NCBI GenBank assembly: GCA_964016885.1
Contig: OZ024743.1
Coordinates: 336,226,001 to 336,290,000, forward strand
DNA length: 64,000 nucleotides
Source of the DNA: Eledone cirrhosa
Taxonomy: Eukaryota
Reading direction: 5' to 3'
Program-made: the position numbers and the translations under genes
Notes under the pieces: model-generated
Seen by the model: only the letters and a program-made list of their open reading frames with translations
What the model was told of the DNA's origin: nothing
Databases searched by the model: none
In this document: positions 1-9,646 of the stretch, in pieces
Layout of the letters: the number at the start of each line of letters is the position of its first letter
Numbering within the stretch: position 1 is the first letter of the stretch

Positions 1-314
1 GATGCCATGTGCGCTATTTTATGTATTTTATATATAGCATACTTAGATGTGTCTAGGATACTAATTCATCACCCACTGATGAGCTTGGATTGGTATTTCT
101 ATTCACAATTAACTTTGCGAAACAACAAGTTGTCTGGGTGATTGGTAGTTACCACAATTCCGGTTTGTATTTATTTTCTTAATTTTTTTCTTAAATTGAG
201 GCAATGAGACAAACGAACCCTATTGTCTATAGTTAGTATTCTTTTCACTTTAGCGAATCAGGTCCCTTACGATTTGAACATATATATGTCTGTATTCGTT
301 TTTCTTTTATATTC

Positions 315-318
<4 letters not shown>
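1..318 (+). mobile_element. Probable Penelope-like element pseudo-LTR remnant carrying the hammerhead
   Basis: A type I hammerhead with a very short stem III in AT-rich DNA is the known hallmark of Penelope-like LTRs. The segment ends at a (TA)n tract. No RT or GIY-YIG ORF is visible in the window, so boundaries are approximate. Confidence 0.45.
59..147 (+). ncRNA. Type I hammerhead ribozyme
   Basis: Stem I 5' ATCACCCA (68-75), core CTGATGA (76-82), stem II closing GC (83-84)/GC (117-118), GAAA (119-122), stem III CAAC-AA-GTTG (123-132), GTC cleavage triplet ending at C134, stem I 3' TGGGTGAT (135-142, 8 perfect bp). Stem I extends as TACTA (59-63)/TGGTA (143-147) across a 4-nt bulge. Confidence 0.85.

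Positions 319-367
<49 letters not shown>
319..367. repeat. (TA)n microsatellite
   Basis: Perfect AT dinucleotide run. Confidence 0.98.
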
Positions 368-370
<3 letters not shown>

Positions 371-702
371 AATCCCAGCCGCGGCGCCAAGCAGTTTCGC
401 TTCGTGTCATTTGCAAACATTTTCAAATGAACAGTACCTGTAATTTAAAATACCAACTGTCTCGCTGAATCCCCCTAAGAACCAGATTAAAGCAACATCT
501 GCTCAGTCGTTTACGTGCTAAAATTATGAGTTGAATGTTGAATGTTTCCATTTATCAAACTGGCACACCCATCGTCGACACCGACGGCAGACCATTTCTT
601 TCCATTTCTCCTTCACAAATATCTCGCAATTGATTCAATTGTCAAGAACACGTAGAAAACAGAAACATCTACAATGAGATATCTTATTTCATCGGTGAGC
701 TG

Positions 703-948
703 TCATTATCATCATCATCATCGTCATTGACAGCATCATCATCATCATCATCATCATCATCGTCATTGACAGCATCATCATCATCATCATCATCATCACC
801 ATCATCGTCGTCGTCATCATCATCATCATCACCGTCACCACCATTATCACCATCATCATCATCATCATCATTGTCATCACCGTCAGCATCAACGTCACCA
901 CCGTCATCATCGTCATCGTCAACATAATCATCATCATCATCATCATCA

Positions 949-980
<32 letters not shown>

Positions 981-1082
981 TATCGTCACCGTCACCACCA
1001 CCACCACCATCATCATCAACATCAAAATCAACATCATCATCATCATCATCACAATCATCATCATCGCCATCTTCATCATCAT
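703..1082. repeat. Degenerate (CAT/CAC/CGT)n trinucleotide microsatellite
   Basis: Run of catcatcat with variants. It produces the spurious poly-D/M/S ORFs. Confidence 0.97.
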
Positions 1083-1148
1083 TTTCTCTTTTTATTTCCA
1101 GTTGTGTTCTCTATCTCCACTTAATGTTTTTCTTCTACATCCCATTTT

Positions 1149-1175
1149 ACAACAACTACCACCACCACTACAACT

Positions 1176-1230
<55 letters not shown>

Positions 1231-1244
1231 TTACTACTACAATA

Positions 1245-1291
<47 letters not shown>

Positions 1292-1315
1292 AATAACTGC
1301 TACTACTACTACTAC
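1149..1315. repeat. (TAC)n trinucleotide microsatellite
   Basis: tactactac run with cac/aac variants. Confidence 0.97.
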
Positions 1316-1436
1316 CCTCTTCAATAATAAAAAATAATCCTTTAACAAGGAGAACTCTGTTAAATGTCCTCCCTGCTAGTTTCCCTCCTCGGGTCTTCTC
1401 TCAGTCTCCACTCTAATGTGTTAACGTTTTATTATA

Positions 1437-2164
1437 GATTTCAATGGGAAAATCATTATTTTCCTCTCGTATTTTTTTTCCGTGTGCTATGAATTAAAAT
1501 TACCTCCTTATATGTTGTGAAGAACTTTTTTCACGGAAAAGGAAAGAGAAGAGGAGGGGTTCCTCGGACTTTTCACCCCCATCCCACCTCCAAAGTTTTC
1601 TTTACGGTATTTTCCCTTGTTTTTTCGTATTTTTTACCTTCTAATATGCTGCAAACAACATTTTTCCTGGGAAAGGTAGGGGAAAAGGAAGGAGGAGGGG
1701 AGGGATCGTCGGACTTTTCGTCCTCCTTCTTCATTCGAAGATTTTTTTCCCATTTTCCCCTCGTTTTTTATTTTTTATTTTTTTTCGTTTTCTGCCAGCT
1801 AACCTTAACTCCGAACATGCTGAGCTCACGGTGTTAGGGTTAGGTAAGGGTTGGGATTAGGGTTAAGGTAATGGAGGTAAAGAAAACTCCGAGATGGGGG
1901 AAGGACCGAGGGTCCCCCATTTCTCCCTCCTATTTCCTGGGGGAAAAACACTTTGCAGCATGTTCGAATATAAGATTAATTGATAGCACACTGAAAAAAA
2001 CTGAGGGTAAAAAAAAGGTAAAGAAAACTTTGAAGAGGGGATCCGAGGGAATCCCCTCTACCCCTCCCGCTTCCAGGGAAAAGTCTTTTGCAACATAAGG
2101 TAAATTTAATTCATAGAAGACGAAAAGCAAACATCAATAAAAATTATTATTTCCCACTGAAATC
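1437..2164. mobile_element. Palindromic MITE/foldback-like non-autonomous element with telomere-like centre
   Basis: Termini gatttcaatgggaaa (1437) and the reverse complement of tttcccactgaaatc (2164) match 14/15. Inner ctatgaattaaaattacct (~1487) matches the reverse complement of aggtaaatttaattcatag (~2098-2116) at 18/19. Each arm has two copies of a ~130-bp subrepeat. The centre has ctaaccttaac and ttagggttaggtaagggttgggattagggttaagg. Confidence 0.7.
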
Positions 2165-2200
2165 GGTGGCAGTGTTCTATAATTGACCGATTTTACTACT

Positions 2201-2310
2201 AATAATAATGGTTTCTGTTTTAGGCACAAGGCCAGCAATTTCGGGGGAGTGGGGGATAGTCGATTACATTGGCCCCCAGTGCGTTACTGGTACTTTATTT
2301 TATCGACTCC
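2201..2310 (-). mobile_element. SINE 3' fragment (same family as 4358-4554)
   Basis: Reverse complement contains gtcgataaaataaagtaccagtaa...aattgctggccttgtgcctaaa followed by an (ATT)n-like tail. Confidence 0.8.
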
Positions 2311-2317
2311 GTACTAC

Positions 2318-2548
2318 TAATAATAACGATTTATAATTTGCGCACAACGCCTGAATTTTTTAATTTTTTTAGGGGGGGGGGGGGGATATGCCAACTCCAA
2401 TACATATCTCGCTCTGTATTTCATCGACCCTGGAAGGATGAAATAAAGTTGACCTCGGTAAAATTTGAACTCAGAACGTAGAAGATCACAATTAAATGCT
2501 GCAATGCATTTTGTCCAACGCTCTACCGATTAATTTCAATCCACCGCC
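2318..2548 (-). mobile_element. Diverged SINE copy
   Basis: Reverse complement has a ggcggtgga head, B-box-like ctgagttcaaat, and ccgaggtcaactttatttcatccttccagggtcgatgaaa. Confidence 0.7.
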
Positions 2549-3611
2549 CAATTGATTTCTAATTTAGGCAGAAGGCCAGCAAATTTGGGAGGACGGTAAC
2601 GACAATTAGTTTTACGTTGCTCCAGTATACTCAGCTCAAAATTAGTAACAGCACTAGCTGGAGGCTTAATCCTGCGATGTACTGGTGCTCTGTCCAGCGG
2701 GGAGTCATGAACTCCCAGTCGCTTAACGCCACGGAAACTATTGTTCGAATTTCCAGAAGATATGGTTTACCGGGGATATTGTTAATATGTTTCTCACATT
2801 TTTTATGAATTAGATTCTTTTCGTTTTAAGGTGTCACATATTTTCAATCTTTATTTCTAACTCTTTGGATTTGCATATATCTATTTTTTGTTTGTTTTCG
2901 GTGTTTTGTCTCGTCTTTTAAATTCTTTTATTGCTACCCTTCTATATCTGCTACAACAGTGTTGCTGCTATACACACAGACATCCTCGATCACATTCAAA
3001 GAAAAGCCAGTATCGGTCGCTCTCTGATAGCTTTGTAGTTGAAGCTGTGGCAGTGGATACATCCGGCGTTCTTGCCTACATCCTTGACCACACTCACTGC
3101 TAGCGGAGTTGAGTTGGCTTTCCGCAAGTGCGAGCTCCGTGAGTGGCTATTCCCGTGCAGCTTCCTCACCATCCTCCGAGGTAATGTCTTCTCCTTCCTG
3201 TCAGCAGGACGACGAGGTGGACTGGCTCTTATATTTCGTTTATGTTGGTGGCATGAATAGGTTGAGACCTAACTAATTGGTGTGGGAGTCGCCCAGCAAC
3301 ACTCTCCAGCCACTAGTCCACGGAAGGGTTGTCTCATCTCTCAGCATTTTCTACTACTATAATCCTGGAAAGGATTGTTCTTGTGCCAGCTTTACTCAAG
3401 CACTCCCGACTCAGTCACCCCCCTCCACACACACACACTCTCTCATTGTGTCCATCACCATCACCATGCCCCAGGACAATCCTATATCGTGTTCTCAACT
3501 GCAGGACAAATCATATTATGCACACCACCCATTCTTCTATATCAAGAAATATCCAAAGTATTGTAGATATGTCATTGCCAAACAACTGGTTTGTTGCGTG
3601 TTTATACCATT

Positions 3612-3770
3612 ATAACAAATTAGCAGAGTCGTTAGAATGTCGGATAGAATGCTTTGCGGTATTCCTTCCGGTTTTCGGCTCACTGATTTTAAATCCCGCC
3701 AAAGTTAACTTTGCTTTTCATCCATTCGGGTTTGATAAAAAAAAGTACCAGTCTAGTACAGGGTCGACTT
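3612..3770 (+). mobile_element. Diverged SINE copy, 3'-interrupted
   Basis: tagcagagtcgttaga...aaatcccgccaaagttaactttgcttttcatccattcgggtttgataaaa...gtaccagt matches the family core. Confidence 0.7.
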
Positions 3771-3819
3771 TTACTCTATATTCCTTTCTCACTTTCTCTC
3801 TCACGTTTTGTGTATTTTT

Positions 3820-4287
3820 CAGGAAGAAATCTGCTGTATTCAGACAAGCAGCTCCGACATCTGGCAACTGACTTGATAAACACCCACAAAATTATTAACC
3901 ATCTTGCCAACAACAATCCTGAGTACCTTTTTGATTTTCATGTGTCTAACACACGTGGGCATGCCAACAAAGACAGGAAACAGCACAGCTCCCATGACTT
4001 TTGGAAACATTTTTTCACGCCCAGAGTTGCTGAAGCATGGAACAAACTACCTGAATCAGTGGTTATCTTTCGAGACTCTGCATCCTTTAAAACCTCCATG
4101 CTTCCTGAGGTTCGCCAACACTACACCTAATACTCCCCCCTCCATACACATGCACAAATCTATATCATGACTCATATACTATTCACTTCCCTGACATTTG
4201 TATATTATTCTATGTACTATACACGCACCTTTGATGAGTTGTAGTGCACCTGAACACTACACAATAATTTCGTTATCATTATTATTA
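3820..4287 (+). mobile_element. CR1/L2-group LINE 3' fragment (RT C-terminus, 3' UTR, ATT tail)
   Basis: Translation DLINTHKII...NTRGH..K.RKQ....WKHFFTPRVAEAWNKLPESVV...SASFKT is the typical CR1-type ORF2 C-terminal motif. Stop at 4130. Ends in cattattatta at ~4277-4287. Confidence 0.8.
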
Positions 4288-4357
4288 GGTATTAGAGACG
4301 GTGGAGAACCTGCTCTGGGTTTCGATCTCAGTCAAAGTCTATAGATAATAATTTCAT

Positions 4358-4554
4358 AGGCGGTGGATTGGCAGTATCGGTAGAGGGTTGGATGCCATGC
4401 TTTCCAGCATAGTTACGTCCCTTTACGATCTGAGTTCAAATCTCGCCGAGGTTGACTTTACCTTTCACCCTTACGGGGTCGATAAAATAAAGTACCAGTA
4501 ATGCGCTGGGTAATTGCTGGCCTTGTGCCTAAAGTAGAAACAATTATTATTATT
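4358..4554 (+). mobile_element. tRNA-derived SINE, internally shortened variant
   Basis: A-box-like TGGCAGTATCGG, B-box GAGTTCAAATC, core gaggttgactttacctttcacccttacggggtcgataaaataaagtaccagt, (ATT)n tail. Near-identical to 15620-15811 and 16208-16389. Confidence 0.85.
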
Positions 4555-5146
4555 TATGAAGAGGCTTTAAACATGTCCTCGAAATACCGTACGTCAATAC
4601 GGTACCCATACGACTCCATCGGGGGTTACGGCAACATACTACACCACACCTATTCATCGTATTGTTTGCCTACTCATTTCTGGGATAATTTCAGTCGAAA
4701 GGTGTCAACGTATTTAAAAGCAACCTTTGTATTTTATATGATAAACACTCAAATGAGAAATGAAATATTGCCATACCATACCAAAGCATTGAAGAACTGT
4801 CTTTCTATATTTCTATATATCTATCTATCAGGTCAGATATATAATTTCTGTCTGTGGAGACAGCAGACGGATATGATGTATGTAGTATTCACTTGACCGT
4901 ATACTTTTTATTGTATTTTGTTTGTTATTTTTGCTAGGGTGAGGGTGGGGCTAGGTATTGATCTTGTACAGCTAAAATAGTACATTCCCTTCCATTTCTG
5001 ATTTAGATGATATTGACTTTTGAGTTAATATTGGCTTTCATAATTCGTTTACTTCGTCTCTGTCCAGTCTTGCAGCATATTGAGCAGAGAGAGTTTTTTT
5101 CTTTTTATTCTGCATGTAAATGCACGTATCTATGTGTGTATGGATG

Positions 5147-5200
5147 TAGATAGGTAGATAGATAGATAAATAGTTCGATAGATAGATAGATAGATAGATA
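5147..5200. repeat. (GATA)n tract at the 3' junction of element A
   Basis: tagataggtagatagatagataaatagttcgatagatagatagatagatagata directly abuts tctttatt (AATAAAGA on the minus strand). Confidence 0.95.
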
Positions 5201-5443
5201 TCTTTATTTGCTACAAGGAATGGGACATTACAAGACGTGACGGCGGTGGTTTTACATAAAAGGTATATAACTTTAACATTAATAAATAACAAACTATATA
5301 TAAAATAAAATAAAACAATCAAAATCCCCAATAAGGGGAACATGCTGCGGGGTTCTTTTACACCCCCGTAGATAGAACAACTCTCAACACCAGGAACACG
5401 TTTTGTAGGTGTTCCCGTCTTCCCTATTTTTGTCTTCCTCAAC

Positions 5444-8400
5444 CTACAGGTTTATATACAGAGAAGGCCCATTCACTCGGGCCATTTTCGCCACTTTCAC
5501 CCACCTTTTAGCGAATTTGCTGGGGTGCAGCACCTCTTTCTCCACTCTCACCTTCCTTCTAAAGTGGTACTTAAAGAAGGGGATAAGTTGTTGTCCGGAG
5601 AGAAAGGTGCTTGCCCTCAGTCCTTTTAACCTCGTCCACCATATTACCTCTTTCGCCATAGCCACCAGACAAAGGAAAATCGCCTCTCCTTCATTTTTAA
5701 ATGAAGGGTGCGTGGTCATCCTCACGATGGACCCGGCTGACATCTGGATGTGTCCCCACACGTGACGGTACCTGTTCCACATAATTCCACAGGTCGGTCA
5801 CCCCTGGGCACTGAACAATTGCGGGCAGAACGGTTTCAATGACCTCCTTGCATCTTGGACAGGTTCTTTTGGCAGGATCCCTGCCAGGGCGTCGCTGCCT
5901 GTAGATTTTGTCTCGAACTAGTAGAGCACCTCAGTAGCACTGCCAGGCCAGAGACCTTTGGAAGTTATCCATAGGCCCTGGACGGAAAGCCCCCCCCCCC
6001 CCCCCCGAACAGACTGGCCAGTTCATCCTCTTCAATAGCCAGAGTCTCCCCGAGAACATCGTCGCACTTATCGTCCAATAATCCCCTATAGAATGTTGAC
6101 GTGGAGTCTCCGCTGATTGCCGTTTCCATTTGGTAGAGGGCGGTGAGCGCCAGAACGCACTCGAGGTGCCAGGCGCCCATTTTTGATCTTCGCTTGACCT
6201 AGAACTGCTGCTCCGTTAGCAAGACGAGTTTTGGAAAAGCTCATCTCACAAACGACAACTACATCGGTTCACCAGTCAGGAATACCTGGAGATGGCGTAA
6301 CCTCGGTGCGTATTTGCGCATCATCAGCCATGGCATGCCCAGCCCTCCTTTAGAATGGTGTTGGCTGCAGATGGATCTCCTCACTAATGGAGCCTGTTTC
6401 TTCCAAAGGAAGTTGAAGAGTAGAAGTTCCATTTTGGTGAGGTCATCGCGGGGACAAGGCACGACTGTCAAGTGGTGGTAGATGACGGACGCTATATAAG
6501 TATTTGCCACCTCTGTCCGACCTTTTAAGGAGAGTTTGGCACTCAGCCCACTTCCAGGTGAGTGCAAATACCTTCGCCATGACCTAGTTCCTTTTTGTCC
6601 ACCTGGTGATCTGGACCAAACCTGACCCCGAGTAATTTCACCAGTCCTTCCGTCCAGCGTCCAACGACACTATTGAAGGGCATGGGTTGCCTCTCCATAT
6701 GCAAACCGACAGGCTTGTTCTGGGTTAGTTTCCAATTTTAATTTAGTTTCCGATTACCCCGATTTCTGAGGTTTTCGACACCATTATGGTCACGTCATCG
6801 GCATAAGCCGACGTTGCTTTACGCAGTCCTGGTCCCATCGGGATGCCCTGCAATAATTCCAACTTCCGCAGTATTGGCTTCAGTCAGGCAGCACAAACAG
6901 AATGTATGATTTGGAATGGCTCCGATAGGTAGCCATTCACCTTGACTGCCGAGCAGATGTTGCTGTGCATAGCAGCGCTCCAGTCTCTGAAGACGGGACT
7001 GAAACCGGCCGCCTTGACAACCGCTACCAAGTATTGATGGTCGACTCTATTAAATGCTTTAGATTGATCTAAATTGATCAGAGCCCCACCGAAGCCAGGT
7101 TTACACACTACCCTCTCTATGATGTATCGCATGAGGTGGAGGTTGTCATATAAGGACCTTGTCGGGATTGTCTACACTTCCCTCACCAGGTTCTCGATAA
7201 CGAGCGACAGCCTCGTTGCTAACACCTTTGCCAAAATCTTCAACTCTGTGTTGAGCAGAGTTATAGACCTGAAATTGCTTATGTATCCCATTTGTTCTCA
7301 TCTTTTCTGATCACCTTTACTACGCCTCTGCTTACAGAACTGGGAATTTTCCTCTTCTGCTGCCAGTTGCAGTAGACCGCTTCGAGGACAAGTCTGAAAA
7401 CAAGTCTGGCATGCCCATGTAAAACTCATAGGGTAGACCATCTAAACCGGCCTAGGGCATCTTCTATTTCGCCCGCTGTGATCAGCCTTTTGCATCTCTC
7501 GTGTTCGAGAGTTGCGGTAGGACGTTGAGGTGGGAACTGAAGTCCATCATCCCGTTCGACACACCGCTCTGCCCCAAAAGTTGTGCAAAGTGTTGCTAGA
7601 CGGCCGTGCACATATGCTTGGATTCAAGTAGTATGCGTGCGTCTTGGTTTTCCAAAGACCGAATTGTGGATTTGTTGCCACTTTTCACCTCTGCCACTCG
7701 GGCTCAGCTAACAGCTTTCGCTCCTTAATTTCTCAGAGCACGTGTTCTACTTCTGACAATGTAAACCTTCGTGTTTCATGTTGAAGAACTGGTCTAGTGC
7801 CGTTCTCGCCGCCAGCACGTCAGCTGTACTGCCACTCTTAAGTGCCTCTTCTACTTTGGCTACCAAATCCTTTTTTGTCTTGTTCTTTTCTAAAGCTACT
7901 TCCTTGCTAAAGGCTATTAATTCTACTCTAATTGCTCTCTTTAGAGAGCACCCCCACCTGTTGTTGACGATCGGCCCCGTCAACTGGCGTTTAACTAAAT
8001 TGCTAATCCGTTTACGCATTGGGAGTGACATATTTAGCTTCCAGTCTCCTGGTCCCTGTTTGTGTGTTGACAATGCAGGTTGACAATGCAGGTCACTAAT
8101 TTGTGGTCTGAATAGGCAACCATGTGCATTTGTGGACAGCTTAATGTTTCCTTATCGTTTTGTCTAATTAGAAATCTATCTAAATACGATCTAGAAGACC
8201 CAGTGCGGTTGCTTCACGTCCACAGTGGTGAACTTGGGATATCTAGTCAATATCTATCAGCCAGTTGGAATTGGCTGATGAGATTTTTAGGCTATTACAC
8301 GCCCCTCTACTATCACATGTTCCTACATAGACCCAATGTGCGTCCAAGATACCATTCCAGTCCTCCGCTAACAGTAAAGATCGAGACGTTCCCAGGGAAA

Positions 8401-8782
8401 ACTCCAGGTGCTTAAAGAACTCTGGTCGCGATGTCCCAGTCGGGGCATATATGGCCACCAGTCTGAAAGCTCCACTTTCACTACCCTTCACGTTTAGGAC
8501 CACCAAATTGCCCTCCGGATCCAAGTAGATTGTCTGTACTTTGAGATCCAGGTTTTTTCGAAACAAAACAGCAACTCCCCCTCCACCCACTGGCTGACAG
8601 AGAGATGCGTAGATCTCAACGTCATCGAACATGGGGGTTAACTGCTGCTTGTCGTGAATCTTGGACTCGCTAACGGCTATCACATCTATACAGTGTGACC
8701 TGGGGTCATTTAATAGCTGGCCCTGTTTCCAGGACATCCCCAGGCCACGCACTTTCAAACATCCAGCTCGTACAGCCGCCAT
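5444..8782 (-). pseudogene. Element A ORF2 (APE endonuclease-RT), many stops and frameshifts
   Basis: ORF fragments 8243-8782, 7747-8073, 6884-7132, 6259-6567, 5965-6180 and 5444-5782 align collinearly to element B ORF2 (e.g. GPGDWKLNMS vs GPGYWKLNLS; KGGLGMPWLMMR; RVNGPSLY). Confidence 0.92.
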
Positions 8783-8823
8783 GTTAGTGAAGAAGAGTTA
8801 GGGAGAGAAAAAGGCAGGAACAC

Positions 8824-9343
8824 TTACTTTTTAGTTTCCTGGAGGTCAGGTTGTTCAATCTCCATGTCCAGATTGGGGGGGGGGGGGCTCATTTTAGCAT
8901 GACACGGTTAAGGATTTTTTTTACAGGAGACCCCACATAATATGGAAAGTTCTGTCTCATGGTTTCGTATTTGTGGGTGGGTCATTGTTTGGGAAAGTTA
9001 TCCCTTCTGTTTGGATGGTGGGTTATTTCGGACAGTTTCTACTAGTTTTTTGTTCCTGGTTCTTACGTATGTGTAGTGTGTTTTGCTTTTCATGTGTGCT
9101 GTTTCTATTTGTAATTTTCTTTTTGTAGTTGGGGTTTGTGATTGTGGTGGTATGGGTATTTGTTTTGTTGGTGAAGTGTTTGGTTGTGGTGGTGGTGATT
9201 GTGTTGTTGGTATGGTTGTGGTGGTGTGTTTATGTCGGTGTTGTGTGTGTGTGCGTGTTTTCTGTGGATGTTTTAGTTTTTGTATTTTTTCTGTGTATTT
9301 TTGTTTCTTGGATTTTGGGGGTTCCTCTTCATTCTCATCATTC
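8824..9343 (-). pseudogene. Element A ORF1 C-terminal remnant
   Basis: KTHYTYVRTRNKKLVETVRNNP matches B KTLHYTYINRNNNKLNELINNNP. It ends MEIEQPDLQETKK* versus B MEVVQPEPREAER*. Confidence 0.8.
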
Positions 9344-9390
9344 AGACAATCAGACAAACAGACAAACCAATAGATAAACAATGATAAATA
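9343..9390. repeat. Degenerate (GACA/GATA)n tract at the 5' junction of element A
   Basis: cagacaatcagacaaacagacaaaccaatagataaacaatgataaata. Confidence 0.75.
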
Positions 9391-9415
9391 TCTTTCTTTA
9401 TTTGCCACATGGGCG
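9391..9415 (-). mobile_element. Ultra-truncated 3' tip of a probable third related element
   Basis: Minus strand CGCCCATGTGGCAAATAAAGAAAGA resembles the A end (CCCATTCCTTGTAGCAAATAAAGA) and the B end (TATGGTAAATAAAGAAATA). With B removed, it is flanked by TATC repeats on both sides. Confidence 0.55.
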
Positions 9416-9429
9416 TAGATAGATAGATA
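9409..9429 (+). repeat. Target-site duplication of element B (left copy)
   Basis: ATGGGCGTAGATAGATAGATA, identical to 15208-15228. Confidence 0.9.
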
Positions 9430-9646
9430 TATTTCTTTATTTACCATAAAGGCATAAAAAGAAGGGACAAATACAAAGGGGGAGTTTACATATAATCGAG
9501 TAAAAAGGGTGTAACATGAAAATAATCGAAAATAACCTCAAAAGGGAGGGAACGTGATGGGGGTTGCACACACCCCCGAAAAAGTGTGCAATCCTTTGCC
9601 CGGGGAGCACATGGAGAAGGTGCTCCCCTCTCCTTTACTTCTTTAC

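Larger units (their letters stand above)
5201..9343 (-). mobile_element. Element A: degenerate, 5'-truncated L1/Tx1-clade non-LTR retrotransposon
   Basis: Broken ORF2 (8782 to 5444) with APE, RT (NLDQSKAFNRVDH, YADD at ~6795-6806) and C-terminus homologous to element B. ORF1 C-terminal remnant at 8824-9343. The 3' end is AATAAAGA then (TATC)n. Confidence 0.92.

Noticed and set aside
684-1348. Poly-D/M/S/V/Y ORFs
   Set aside because: They are translations of trinucleotide microsatellites.
1834-1867. True telomere or chromosome fusion site
   Set aside because: There are only about six degenerate units, embedded at the centre of a palindromic element.
2990-3330. GC-richer stretch with short ORFs, possible exon or TE fragment
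   Set aside because: No recognisable protein motif in the frames I read, so it cannot be assigned without a database search.
4358-4450. tRNA gene (A and B boxes)
   Set aside because: No cloverleaf is evident, and the sequence continues into a repeated SINE body and tail.
8067-8092. 13-bp tandem duplication ttgacaatgcagg in element A
   Set aside because: It is an ordinary post-insertion decay mutation.
8998-9447. 149-aa ORF as an independent gene
   Set aside because: It is a chimera running from the element B 3' end through the GATA tract into the element A ORF1 remnant.
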